Of a DNA stretch of 64,000 nucleotides, positions 19,163 to 36,570 are shown in pieces; position 1 is the stretch's first letter; every line of letters starts with the position of its first letter. The DNA is taken from the NCBI RefSeq assembly GCF_009914755.1, contig NC_060939.1; one strand, 5' to 3'. The translations under genes and the position numbers were made by a program. This DNA comes from the human T2T-CHM13v2.0 reference genome, Homo sapiens. The notes under the pieces were generated by a model. It worked only from the letters and a program-made list of their open reading frames with translations. It did no database searches and had not been told where the DNA came from.

Positions 19163-19632
19163 TTTTTTTTTTTTTTTTTTTTTTTTCTTTCAGTCTTTCA
19201 TATGATTTTATTTTCTTCCTTCAACCATAATAATATGATATCCAAATTTTGTCTTAACTGCTGGGTCTGTAAACACAGGCTTATCCATCACACTTATAGG
19301 CAAGGCAAATGCTGCTTCTTGAAATGGTCCCACCATGGACCCTCTGGTCATCCAACCCAAGACGCCCCCTTGCCTGGCTTTATCTTCACTATATTGTGTG
19401 GCCACTTCATTGAATCTCATCCCAGACTTTAACTTTTCCATGGCTTCCATGATTTTGCCATGTTTTTCCCATAGAATGTGTCTGACCTTTACTGCATTGC
19501 CACCACCTTTGGGACCTTGAGCCTTCTTGTCAGCACTGTCACTCCCAGAGGCTGCACCCCCTTTCCCCGCTTTTCCAGAACCACTTTTTCCTTTGGGCGG
19601 CATCTTGGAAGCTTGTTGTTGAACTCTGAACT
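19163..19632 (-). pseudogene. PIN4P1: Processed PIN4 (parvulin-14) retrocopy with intact ORF 19208-19603
   Basis: Intronless 131-aa Par14-like ORF (MPPKGKSG...[13 protein letters not shown]); poly(A) tail 19163-19186; TSD ctgggcct(a/g)gttttt at 19153-19167 and 19633-19647. Confidence 0.93.
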
Positions 19633-19756
19633 CTGGGCCTGGTTTTTACCCCAGTTTGAAAGAATCTGAATTCCAAACTACCCCTGATGCAGAGCTGGGA
19701 CCACGGTTTGAGTCTCAAGTCTGCCTGTTGGGTGGAGGGCTTTAAGAGGCAGGAAT

Positions 19757-19862
19757 GGGCCAGACACGATGGCTCCCATCTGTAATCCCAGCACTTTGGG
19801 AGGCCAAGGCAGGTGGATCACTTGAGCCAAAGGGTTCAAGACCAGGCTGGGCAACATAGACA
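19757..19862 (+). mobile_element. FLAM / Alu left monomer
   Basis: Single Alu monomer. Confidence 0.75.
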
Positions 19863-21254
19863 CTGTAACTATAAAATTTTTAATAAAAGAGAGGTAGGAA
19901 TGGGGAGAAGGGGAATATGTCATGCCTAACTGGGTTTCATCAAATACCGAATATCCTTGTAAAAACCCAGCATACAGCATCTTGAGCTTATAAGGTCAAT
20001 ATTTTTGGATTTCTGCAGCTGCTCTCAGTCTCTTCAGCCTCCGTTCTAGCTGTTCTGACTTTGTGGAATGATGGGGTAGAAACTCTCTCTGCTCTTCTTG
20101 AGGGGGCATGGGAGTAGTCCCTGGCCAGCTCCCTCTCTTTTCCTCTGAGAAGGAGCTGGGTCTAGAATAGGCTGAAAAGCTCCCCTATCTTTAGACACTT
20201 CAGAGCACAAAACAGTTTGAGAAGATCTTGTTGCGGGGGTGGATTTCTCTTACATTTGGTAGGAGGAAGGGGTATTCTATCCCCTAAAACTACCCATTAT
20301 CTCTTCTCTCTTCCCAAGGTTCTCACAGGACTCAAGCCCTGGCAGGGAAAACAGGAGCTGGTTACACTCTCAACTGAACAGCAGCCACCCAGGCCAGAGG
20401 CTTTGGGCATATAGTGAGTGAGCGCGGCCCCCATCACAGTGCTCCCAAGGAAATGGCTTCTTGTTTTAGGCTCAATGTCTGCATTTTCCACTCCTGGCCA
20501 TCTTGGTGATGCTGGTGTGGTTCTCTCTGCCTTTGTGACCTATGACAAGAAAAGCCAGTCCCCTTCTGTTGCCCTGAAATAGTCCCTGACAATCCCAGAC
20601 TGAACCAGATTCCCAGCTCAGTAAAGGTTTTACCTAAGTCAGGTTGATTAGGGAGTTTTTTGGTTCAGGGCTAGCTCCAGAAGCCCAAAGGGTCTCTTTT
20701 TTCCCCTTCTTCCAGGACATGAAGCAGTCCAAAGGTCTCTCTTAAAAAGGTGTTAGTAACCTTTCAGAAGCAGTGTGTCCCATCTTCCTTGGCTCCCTCA
20801 TGGCTTGGCCGTTTGCACCCAGGCAGCCTGCCTGACCAGCCTTGTGGAGCCTGTCTTGGCACAGGCACAGTTAAGGATTCTCCAGAGGAATGAGCCCTGG
20901 AATCTGGGTTATGAATGAGTAGGACAATGGGGAGAGAGGGTGGGGGCAAAGGCAGGGCACCTGCCATCTAGTTACGCTCCCCATTGCGTCACGGCTCATA
21001 TATTTGCCACAGCTCTCAATCTCTGCTTTCAGAAGCTCCTCATAGTCTTAGCTGTATTTTTTGTCCCTGTGCTAAAATCTTAAATTTGTATAATGCTTTC
21101 ATCTTTTTAAAGCACTTTGATTTTATCTTTCAGTAACTCCACAAGGTAGTGAGGGCAAGAGGTTATCTGAAGTCATGTGGTTGGCAGTTAATGGCAAAAC
21201 CAAGGATAGAATCCAAGCCGCTTTCTAGTTCATGATCCTGCTGATCATATCTAT

Positions 21255-21708
<454 letters not shown>

Positions 21709-22267
21709 GTCGGATTCCATGGAATGGAACCATGGGCCAGGACGGATTAAATCAACAGCCAGCATCTACCTTAGATTTAGGTCTTAATTGCTCGAGAAAC
21801 TGTTTTGAAATAACCTGAAATTAAGAGTCTCTGTCCCTTGTTCTAGAGCTCTTGCTGTTCCTCTGATCTCTCTTCCACAGTATTCCTCCCTGATGTCCCC
21901 ATTTGCACATGCAGCTTGAGGAATATGTACCTTGGGACAGGTTATGGGTCACTGATAAAGCAGAAACCTTAAGGCCCTGGTTGCAGCATATTGCTTGCTT
22001 GGCTCCTTTCCCAGGCAGTCCTCAGCCCCATTGCATAGGGCGCCTGCCACCCTTTCAAAGGCCTGCCCCTTCATGAAGACAGCTCTGACTGCAGGATCTT
22101 TCAAAGTATGAAAAGCTTAGCTTAACCTACGATTACACCCCTCAGCTTGTGGGGAAGGAGAGGCAGATGCTGTGACATCAGAAGAGGAAAATGTCAGAGG
22201 ACCACCTGGAGCCACATCATACTGGGAGCTGTTGGTGCTCTCATTAAACAAGATAATGGATAGATAG

Positions 22268-22592
<325 letters not shown>

Positions 22593-25500
22593 ATTAGATG
22601 TGCATTTCTAGTAGAATGCCTGACAAATACAGTTGCTCAGTAAATATCAGTTGGTCTCCTCCCTTAACAGAAGATCTCACCTGTAAGGTGACCCTCCCAC
22701 ATCAGGTTAGTCCTATATTAGAAACTGTTTTCACTGCTGTAAAAGCCACCACCTGTCCTGCCATTTCATCGAACCTGTTATTTTGGGATAGATGGGATGG
22801 GTGCCGTGGGAAGGATCTGCGCTAACTGGCACAGCAAAACAGGAGAGCCTTTTTTACCTTGGAAATGCTCCAGCTGATTCCCTTGCCCGGGGGTCACAGC
22901 AGTCAGGACCCTACCCTGGAGCCGGGGCCCCATCCTCAGGATGCGCACACTTAGGGGCCGAAAGCAGTGATTAGTCAGCCGGAGCTGGACCCGGACTCTG
23001 GTGTGAATCTTAATCAGACTCTTCCCCATGGTGGCCCAGGAAGGCAAATACTTCTTCAGTGGAAACCAGCTGATCTCTTCAGAGAAACCAGCCAGGCAGG
23101 GAGAGATACAGAGAGGCAAAGATGGAAAGCCAACTAGGAACAAAGGATTTCTGCAGATCCCACATCATAGCAGCCCCTTGGCAGTGCCTCGCGTGTTGCA
23201 GGGAGAAGGTCACCTCCCCAAGCTTCACATCAGGCTGAACTGCAGGGAAGGAGCAGCTCTGAGAGGCCACCGTTATCAGGGGACTGGATTTAGTCAGAAG
23301 CACTTAGAGCCATAAAAAGTAATGCTTCCTTGGCCTGCAGCTCTTTCCCTGAGGCCTGGATAAGGGCTCCAACCTCTCAGAGGGCAAGGGACAGAGGGGG
23401 CAGAGAACAATCCCAGAGGGTAAGGGGAATCAAGACCGTCCCAGAAAATCCAGGATGTAAAGTGACAAGGCCATTGGCCTTTATCCAGGCCATATATAGT
23501 CCAGGCCTGCCCTGGTGCCAGCCAAGTTGCATGGTCAGCCTAGCTTTGGGGCTGGGTGGCTCTGAAGTGGGAGGAGGTAGTCTCTGTGATACTAAATGGG
23601 CCAAATGGACTATAGAAAAGAAAGTCTTTGGTGGAGCATGAACCAATTTAAATGCCTCTAAATTCCTTGGGGTTTTTGTTGGTTGCGCCCTTCTTCTGAG
23701 GCCCTCATCGCATCCCTCGCAGCCCCTCCCTCCCTGGTTGGGGTGGGCAGTTAGTTAGGGTCAGCAGTGCCTGTCAGGACCTTTAAAGGCAAGCCCTCCT
23801 CTTGAAAGACGTTGCACCTGAACTCTCGCCTCCTGGAAACTAACCCATTCTTTACTTCCACAGGCTTGGTAGCCCCTGTACTGATAAAGCCATTTAATTG
23901 CTACAATCTTTTATTTATTTCCACATCCAAACCTGATGTCCATCTCCCTCTCCTCACCCTGAGCCTGTGAGGTTCATTTGGGCCAGGTCAGTTTTACCTG
24001 CGCTGTCCTGCATCTAATGGGTCCTGGGCTGGGGGCCATGACCAGGGCCACTTGCAGCCTTGGGCACAGGGTGTGAGAAGCACCTGGAAGTCTGCTGAGC
24101 TGTAACCTACCAAGTGTGCCATTCTATGAGGCTGGTTTTGAGGAAGTGCCCTGGCCCTAGGGGGCCTATACTCCTCAGCAGCCTCTCCCCACTGTACGTC
24201 TCTTTGCATTTGGCAGCAAGGGGGAATAGTTTGGACAAGGAACCTGCTGCTGCAATGGGAGGAGGAGGCTGGAGGTAAAGCCAGAGCTGAATGGGGACCT
24301 GACTCAGCCTCAGCATGTCTCAGGATCACAAGGACTGTTTTCCCCGCCTCTGAGTTGTTCTACTAACCCTACTTGGCAGCAACTCTCAGTGAGTTTTGTC
24401 TCTACACAGAGAGCCTCAGCCCTCCCTCTTTTGGGAATGCTGGTTTCCTGGACATTCTTCCCTGTTCTGGGAAGTAGGCATGCACAAGGCTCCTCTCCTG
24501 TTTTACATCCTGCATGGTGCTAGCTTCCCTAGGGTGAGCCTTTTGTTTGGGAGGACAGCTGTCCCAGCTCTCTGTGGAGGATGGGGATGGACCCTCTAGC
24601 TTCAGCCTCAGAGGGATGGAAAGAAAGGCCACAGAGGGGAGAAAGTTATGTTTCCTCAGAGAATTTCATTCTACTTCCTGAGATGTACACCCCAAAAGAG
24701 GGACGGAGAGAGCCAAGGGACAGTGAGAGCCAAGCTCAGTTCTCCGGGTCAGCCTAAGATGGGAGGAAACACCAGGAGGCTGTGTCTCATGATGGTCATA
24801 TATCCATAATTCCATTCTTTGCATAACAATTCTACTTGGTAGTCCACAGGCACTCTCCCACACCCAGCTCTGTTCTGCAGTGGGGGAACTAGGCTCAGAG
24901 ATAAAACAACCTGTTACAGAAAGTGCATGGCAGAGCTCCTAGTCAGACCTTGGCTTCCTGATCAGAACTCTGCACTGTGCTTGCTGCCGGCCTGTAAACG
25001 CTTTAGTCTCTTTCAAGTACTTCCGCACATATTAGCTTCCTTGCAACCAATGGGGTGGGCAAGGAAGATGTCCCTATTTTACAAATGGAGCAATGAAGAT
25101 ACTCAAGTAACTTGATGGTGTTTGTCTAGCCGGGGTTCTCAACCTCTAGACCATAGGGAGTTACATACTAGACTTTGGTAACATGGAATCTCACACTCAC
25201 AGTGACACATCCTAAAATCCTAAACACAAATTAGATCTCAGGGAAACAGCAGAGTGATAGCCTTCCTAACGTGAGCAATTCATTTTCATTCCCAAGCAGC
25301 ATTCTTACAGAAAGGACAAAGGGCTGTCCTGCCAGCTTCCACACCATTAATCCCAGGAGAGAGACAGGTATGAACCAATTCTGCTGTTTCCCGCTGTGTG
25401 AGATTTCTGAGGTCCTAAAAAAACACCATCTTCGGGAATGAAAGCACTCAACTTTACACCTGTATCCAGCCTGCGGGTGACCTGGGCCAGTGACAGCAGC

Positions 25501-25705
25501 TAGAGGGCAGTATTCCAAGAGCGCCTCCTAACAGCATTAACTACCCAGAGAATAGATTGTTGGCCTCAGCTATTGGGGTATCTAGTTCAGTGGAGATACG
25601 TAGAATTTCTCTCTCTTCCCACCTCGGCCTGCTCCAAAGGAAGGGAGTCTGGAGGGAGATGGGTCGTATTGAATTTCCTGAGACAGTGGTAAGATATGCA
25701 GATAG

Positions 25706-26754
<1,049 letters not shown>

Positions 26755-26837
26755 CGTGAAAATCCTCTTGATGGAAAGCAATTTCAGAACTGCATGGAAC
26801 CTATAGATCCCACATATGCAAGTCCCCCAAAGGGCTA

Positions 26838-27266
<429 letters not shown>

Positions 27267-28084
27267 TTAAGTCTTGGTCTCTCTCTTTTTTAAAATCTTT
27301 AATACCTTCTCTTTGCCTTTGGTCTCTGGATTCCAGTCAGAGATAGTGCTTCAAACTCCTCCACCTCTTTGTAACCCTAGACTCATCTGAACCTTTTTTT
27401 TAGTGTGGCAGCAGTGCCACTGGTCTCTGGGGTGGGGGCAAGACTGTCAGAGAGTAGAGCCCCAGGATGAGCAGTACTCCTGAAAATATGCCTGGACCAA
27501 TACTGGCAGCCTCCCCTGACTTCCAATAGAGGCTGCTGATGACAGGGCTCCATGTGAAGGGGCAGGCAGTAATGCTCCCCTTCCCAGAGGCAAAGGCTGG
27601 TTGGCAAATCCTACCCTTCTTGGTCAGTCATATTCTTTCTGGGTCTTAGATTCTAGGAGATAGGCTTCTGGAAACACAATTTGTGGATCTACATGAAGCA
27701 TGGATCCTGAAATTATTTTAGAGCCAGTGTGGCAGGGCTGTGGGACTATCCTTGGCTTCATATGATCGACTGGTTCCAGAACCACTGAAATTGTGTGACA
27801 CATCTATGATCAGTGTCAAGACTAGGGAGGGCAGAAGAGAATTGCCAAGTGAAGTGGCACCTGGATCTGATGTACTATCTGCAGTAGCCCTTCCTCCCTC
27901 CCCAGCTCTCTTATTAAGGGTCAAAGACTTCTCCCCATCCCTCTGAGAAGTTTCTTCAGCCTTCTGCTCCATTTTGGACTTTTTGGTAGCCACTGGAGCC
28001 AGGGGCTTCACAGTACTCAAACTGCTGGATTGAGATTCTGGGATCTGAGCTACAACTGTTTGGGGGGAAGCCCCTGGCAGCCTA

Positions 28085-28225
<141 letters not shown>

Positions 28226-28471
28226 TTAGGTGCTTTCCCTGAATCAGGAAATGGCATCTGTGGCCCACCCTTTCCCTGATGTTTTGGTCATGGAGAAAGG
28301 CTTGCTTGGTGGGGTAGACTTCTAAACTGTCATGACAGCCTATCTGAGAGAACTCTCTCCATCTCTAGAGTCTTTAGGATCTTCCATTCTCATTTAGGAG
28401 TAATTCCTCATTTTCCAGCATGTTCCAATTACATCACAAAAAAACACATAAGAACAACCTTTAGACAGTGA

Positions 28472-28844
<373 letters not shown>

Positions 28845-29038
28845 TAAAACCCTACAGACAAATTGCTGTAGGGAAGGAAGGAAATAGTAAAAGGGTCATA
28901 AGATGGGAGAATTAGATGGAGACCTCAGACTTTTCTGAGTCCTCCCTGGTTTCTCTGTTCTAAAGGATAAGGACCACTGAGTTCTCCAGAGAAGGGTCTG
29001 AAAATAGATCCATAATGGTTACTTACTGTCACTATTTA

Positions 29039-29158
<120 letters not shown>

Positions 29159-31532
29159 TCACACAGGTTAAGGCAGCACATCCCCAGCTTCTTCCAAAGG
29201 CTACTTGAAACTTCAGGAAAAAAGCCCTTCATAGTCCACATTTGTCTCTGACTCTCATTTAGGATCTGGGGGCTGTGCTCACAGCCAGCTGCTCTCCTGC
29301 CTCAGTGCCCAGGACTGTCAACATGGAAACCCATTTTAGTGTCAGGAGAGTGAAGGCTCCCCCAAAATGCTTCATAGGTTTTACCAGGGGGACTGAGAGA
29401 ATACATGCTCGGGTGGATGGTCTTGGGGAATAATAGAATGCCCATCTAATCTCAGCCACGTCACTTATTAGCAGTGTGACCTCGGGCAAATTTCCTTCTC
29501 TCTTAGCCTCACCCTTTTTATAAAATGATAGAGCTGGGACTACTGGACCTTAGGGGTCTCCTTTCCAGTCCCAGTATTTGATTTTGTGTCTATGTCTGGG
29601 TAATTGTGGGTGGAGAAGAGGGTGGGGGCTGTCTTTCCTGTTCCATCTCCCTTTTGGAGGGTCCTAAAATACATGACCACAGTAAAGACAGAAATCCTGC
29701 GATGAAGAAACTAGCTTAACTTTAATAAAAGTCCGTCATGTATTTGAATTTGGAGCCTTTCTCCCTCCCCCAGGATATCTATTTTATATCTCGTTTGAAG
29801 CTGCAGACAGCCGATGTGGAGCTCTGTAATACTTTCTCCTGGGTGACTTCACTGAGCCCATTAGCTCTCTCAGCTTGGGCACAGCAGCTCAGAGAGAAGC
29901 CTCCTAAGATGGGATCCACCTGTAACATGCCCAGGTGCCTATGGTACTGATCCAACCAGTAACCTATGTGAGTCTGAAACCTGTGCTATGAGCAGTGAGT
30001 AGGAGCTGTTTCCACAATCCATGAACAGTTCTTGGGAGACACCATCCCTGCCCGTCTCAGGGCTCCAGGACATCCGAGCTGCTTACTGGAGCCTGGGCAT
30101 GTTCTTGCATCTGACTGGGCTCCTGCCATGGCACTAGGCCAAAGGCAGGACTAGGGATCTGTATGTGAGAGACACTGAGGGCAAGGCCAAAGCGCTGCTG
30201 CCAGAGACTTGACATACCTGGGGATCTCACCCAGGCTTTTACCGTTTGATGAGAACATTAAGGAGGCAATGGAAAACTGAAAAATGACCTCCATTTCCAG
30301 TGTGGGTGCAGGCAGGGCTGGGTGGGTAGGGAGATCTACTCGTGGGAAGACTCAGAAACTGAGTGAGGTCACAGGTTCAGAAGCAACACTTCTGTTTCCG
30401 TGACACAGATGGGAAAACCAAGCCCTTAAGAAATGCTGCTGAAGGCATGAAAAGACAAGAGGCAAGGAGATTGCTTCTGTTTGCTTCTTCTCTACCCTTT
30501 GGTAGAGAGAAAGGGAAAGCTTCCACATATGCCATTCCCAGGGCAGGGATAGTTCAGTGTGGAGCAGGCCCCTGTCGGCTAGTGCCTTCCTCTCTCTGCT
30601 GCGGAGACCCGTGGGACCCCAGTTCTTGGGCTGCTCCTCAGTCCCACAGGCAGGAGCTTGCATCTCAAGTTGCTTCTCTCTAGGTTCAGGTAACTGGCCA
30701 AACCTGGATTACATCCTCACAGGCAAAGGGAGGGTGGTAGCAAAAGAAAATAAATGTTTTCTTGACTTTCTATGGACAGTAGGGACTGAACAGGAGGGAA
30801 GTGTGACCATGCCAAAGTCTCCCGAGTATATTCAGGAGAAGAAAGGCTGCCGATTCAGTGAATCCTTGGTTCTGGTATAAACACATAATGGGAATTAAGT
30901 AATTCAGAATGCCTGTCTAAGAAACAGCTTCTGGGGCTGTGGCCCTGGCAACTGGGAGGACCCAGTTCTGCCAGCCAGCATCCCATAGCAGCCAGCAGGC
31001 AGCAGAATCTTCCCTGGAGAGAAGTATGGTGCCACTCATCCCAGAGCAGTTCTCATCTCTCCAGGATCCTTCAGGTTACTGGAACTGGGACCTGGCCAAT
31101 CAGGGGCATTTGGTGAGAGCAGGGCTCACCCCAGGTAGAATATACCACACTCTGTCTTGCCTTGACCTCATTCAGATACATCTTAGTAAAGCATAAATCA
31201 TTACGGTATATTTTTAAAACAAGACCAAAGGGCTTAGTGAGACATATTTTACCTGGCATCATGCCCTCAGTGGGCCATTTCTTCACTACCTAATGCTTTT
31301 ATAACCACTTTCTTAACCGAAGAAAACAACACAAAAGCCCCACATTCTTTACAAAATCCCTTTGGTAGGCAAAGCTCTTGCCTTTGGCCTCAACCTGGCT
31401 TCTCAGTAACTGTCAAGCTCTTGCCCACTTCCAGCTACCCCGCCCCAAGTTCCTGGGCACTTGGCCTCCTGTCACCGACTCTCTCTGACTCTGGCTCTAA
31501 GAAAGACAGTCCCCATCACATGTATCCACTCA

Positions 31533-31709
<177 letters not shown>

Positions 31710-32095
31710 TTAGAGGCCCTGGCAGCTGGCTAGTTAGAGGGGAGGGCCTGTGGGACCCACTGAGGCAGAGCTCAGTTAAGTGCATCACATCATACTTGGC
31801 AAGTCCAATCAGGGTAAGTCTCAGCTGGCACAAAAGTGGCACAAATTGAACCAGGAGAGCTCTTGGTGAGAAAGTTGCCCTTGCCTCTGGAATTCCCATA
31901 TACACGAAAGAAAAAGAGCCTTCCTTTGCATTTCCTGGAGGTAAAGATCTCTTGAGTGGAAGCTCTGGGTGTCAATAGCATCCCTGAGGAAGTCCTGTGC
32001 TCCAGGGCCTTCCCGCTCCTTCATATTGTACCTCCAGGTCCTGACCTTGGTCTTGGCTTAGTATGTGGGTAGCTTGGCTCTACTGGGGTCCCTCA

Positions 32096-32260
<165 letters not shown>

Positions 32261-32479
32261 TCATTGTGGGCTGCTTGTTCACAGCTAAATCTTGTAGATG
32301 CACAGCCCACCCCAACTGGAAGGGGCTCCAGGCACAGACACAATTTTAGCCAAAATCAGAACTGAAACAAGACAGCAGCGCAGTGGCCTTAGAGAATGTT
32401 GTTGAAACAGTTCAATCCACAGTTTTCTGGTCAATCACACTATAGTAATAGGGTGACAGGAGGATTTCGGGCTTATCAA

Positions 32480-33000
32480 CAGTGGCTGTAAAAGGGAAAC
32501 ATTTGCATGGAAAGTGAGTCTAGGTAGAGTATCTGGGGTCATTTCAGGATTGGGTTCATAACACAGGTGCATTATCTGGATGGGACTGTCAAACGTAAGA
32601 TGCCACAGGTAGCTGATGAGGCCAAAGTTCAAGATACAGCAAATAATGAGAAACAATGCAACCAGGTTCTGAGGGAGTTGAGTCTTTCAGGTGACTGTGC
32701 CACTGGATGGAAAATGCAGTTTAATGCAGACAAATATCAAACAATCTCAGGGAGCGGGGCAGGGCAACATACCAAAGAGAGAGAACAGATTACATGGAAC
32801 AGTCATGCAGCGTACTGACCAGGAAAGGGGCTTAGGGGTTATTGTAGAAAAATCCTTGAAGCCACCAGCCCAGTGAATGGCTGCAGTAAAAGAGGCAAAC
32901 AGGATACTGGGGTACATCACCCGTGGGACAGACACAAATCAGAAGAAGTGACATGGTTACTGTACATGGCACGGCCTAGACCTCACCTCCACATCCACCT
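32480..33000 (+). mobile_element. Ancient CR1/L3 LINE ORF2 (RT C-terminal) fossil
   Basis: Degenerate translation keeps CR1 motifs in order: (F)ADDxK as VADEAK, WKMQFNADK, ERxLGVIV, AAVKEANRILG, LY..RPHL. Confidence 0.7.
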
Positions 33001-35338
33001 CCTGCTCTCAGCCTTGGTTACATTTGCAAAACGGAAAAACTACTGGGTCTTAGGTGAATGTCCCTGAGAGCCATGGAACTAGGCCTCAGCACTGGTTGCT
33101 CCTCACTTCCCTTCTATCTGCCCAACATAGCTGCCCTCTGGAGTCTCTCAGCCCTCTCCATGTCACTGGAGGCCCCATTTTTCAACCCAACTGGGACCCC
33201 CAAGGCGGTCTTGTCATGCACATTCACCTCCACTTGGCTGCTGCTTTTTTTTGTAATTTCTAAGGAGATTTCCTTCATCTCCTAGGAAATAGTAGAAAGG
33301 TAGCGAGAATCATGTACCCAACTTACTGCTGGAAAAAGTTCAGGGGACAGAGGAAAATCACTTGTTCTCCATGCTCCTGAAAATCATGGCTGGGTCAGGA
33401 TGAGATTTCACAACTTCTGACCACCAGTTCTGAGCTAACACAAGTCACACGGTATTCCTTCCCTGTTTGATTCCCTCTCAAACTCCCTCTCAATCAACCA
33501 TCAATCTCATACACACACAGTACAATAATGCCAATTGGTTAATATATAGACAAGCACACAGATCACCTAGGTTCCAACAAGCAAGCTAGGAAAGTAAGGA
33601 GTTTTATTTTGAGAGTGAGATTGGGTTTACATCTATTATTACAGAGTTGACACATGGTGAAGAGGAGACTTCTAGAAGAAGTGGTGCATGAGAGAAGCCG
33701 TGGAAAGAAAAGTGTCTGTGAGAACCAAGAGCCATCATGGTTTCTGGAAGGGTGGGTATAATTTAGGGACTGCAGGTGTCTGTGACAGGTGTGTCCTACT
33801 TGTTTCTAGCCAAACATTCCCTCTAACAGGGACCTCACCCAACAGCTACTCTGGTTGGAATGTGGATCTGGGCCCTCTAAAGAATATCAAATAGCCCAGA
33901 TGTATCCAGGCAGCAGAGACCCCACACTAGGAGGGCTGAGGCCTGATCCTGCTCATTGCCTTTTTCTGAAAAGCATTTTGTTGGACAGGAGATTGCAAAT
34001 CCTCACATCTTCACCCAGAGAGCACAGTGAAGTGGGCCGACTTGAGGATGCCTAGGAAACAGGTATGTTGGGGTGTATTCTGGTAACTCCAGGGCAGCAG
34101 CTGCCTTGTGGCACGGCTGTTGTCCTGGGGAGTCGAGTTTCCTGTCCTGTGTGAGGAGCAGTTTCACCAGCACTCTGGCTGACGATCGTAATGCCCTCCT
34201 TCACAAAATCAAGGTGGGCTGGAAAGGCGGTATCTGTCCTCAAGCTCAAACTCAGTGGGGGAGCTGAAGAGGGCACAGCGGGATAGATGGTCTGCAGTGT
34301 CCCCAGCAGAACGCTGACTAGGAAGCAACTGTACTCAAGATTCCTCATGAGCTCTCCTGGAGAAGACAAACCAAACAGACTTCCCCCCACTGAGCTCTGC
34401 TGGACCAAGGGAAGCCACTTATCTAAGCCCCTAGAAGGAGCTGGCCAGCTTAGACTTGGCAGTCTGAGGCCCAGGAAGGTACAGAAATCACAAGAGCTTA
34501 GTAGAATATGCAAAATGTTTTGATGACGCTGACAGATGTTTGTATGGGCTGGCCAGCTAAAGGGTCTCCAGGAAAGCCAAATGTCAATCAACAAACCAGA
34601 GTCTGCCCAGAGGCATGCAGCAGAACAGACCCCAAATAAAACAGAGAGGGGCAGGAGAGGAAGCAGCTCAGAGTAGCTGCAGCTGAGGCAGTGGCTCTTG
34701 CCTGTTAGATGGGAGTGGAGAAGGGAGGGAAGGAAGAAAGAGTGGGAATATGACTCCTGGAAGCTGAGGACACTTAAATGCCCAAGAGGGATAGGAGTGA
34801 GACAGCAGCAACTGAGCTTTTGCAGACACGATGCCCACAGGGAGGGCTGGTCTGAGGAGGGTGTTTTGCCAAAGTAGCAAAGGACTTATATCTGCCCCAG
34901 AGGTCACTGTCTGTGAGCCCCTCCCTTGTTAGTAGAGCAGGTAAGGGCACTAAGCCATCCACAGAGATGCTCCAGAACAGCCGGCTCAACAGGGCTAACT
35001 ATGACCCTCAGTGGGTGACGGCCCCAAGGATTCAGTTCTCACAGGAACTTTGCTCCGCTAACACTGGCTCCAGCCCCAGGCCTCTCACCCTCCCCAGAAA
35101 TCAAACCTCTGTATCCCTTTTCCTTTCTGGAGAGGCTGTTGGCTCTCAGGGACACCCCTTTAGAAGAAAAGGATCCCTAGGAAGAGACCACTCCCTTCGT
35201 CAGTTACCACCATCAACGCAAGGCTTTGGAGAGGGCTCTGAACCAGAACTGCCCAATCACAGACAAAGGACACGGGAACCGTCGCCCCTCCCCAGTTGGT
35301 GAGATATAAAGAGCCTATTTTGGAAATGAAGATGCTCA

Positions 35339-35497
<159 letters not shown>

Positions 35498-35559
35498 TCA
35501 TAGGTGATGCAGGGTTAATACTTGGCAGTAGGTCACAGAGGGAAAAGCATATCATCTGG

Positions 35560-36570
<1,011 letters not shown>

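Noticed and set aside
29755-29860. Plus-strand acceptor-like ttctccctcccccag|G suggesting an antisense exon
   Set aside because: No convincing donor, partner exon or promoter can be identified from sequence alone.
32567-32818. Possible domesticated RT gene
   Set aside because: The catalytic FADD motif is altered to VADE and neighbouring frames are broken; treated as a fossil.
34052-34594. 180-aa ORF, also ORF 37659-38180
   Set aside because: No family similarity, low-complexity composition from GC- or purine-skewed intron DNA, no retrocopy hallmarks.
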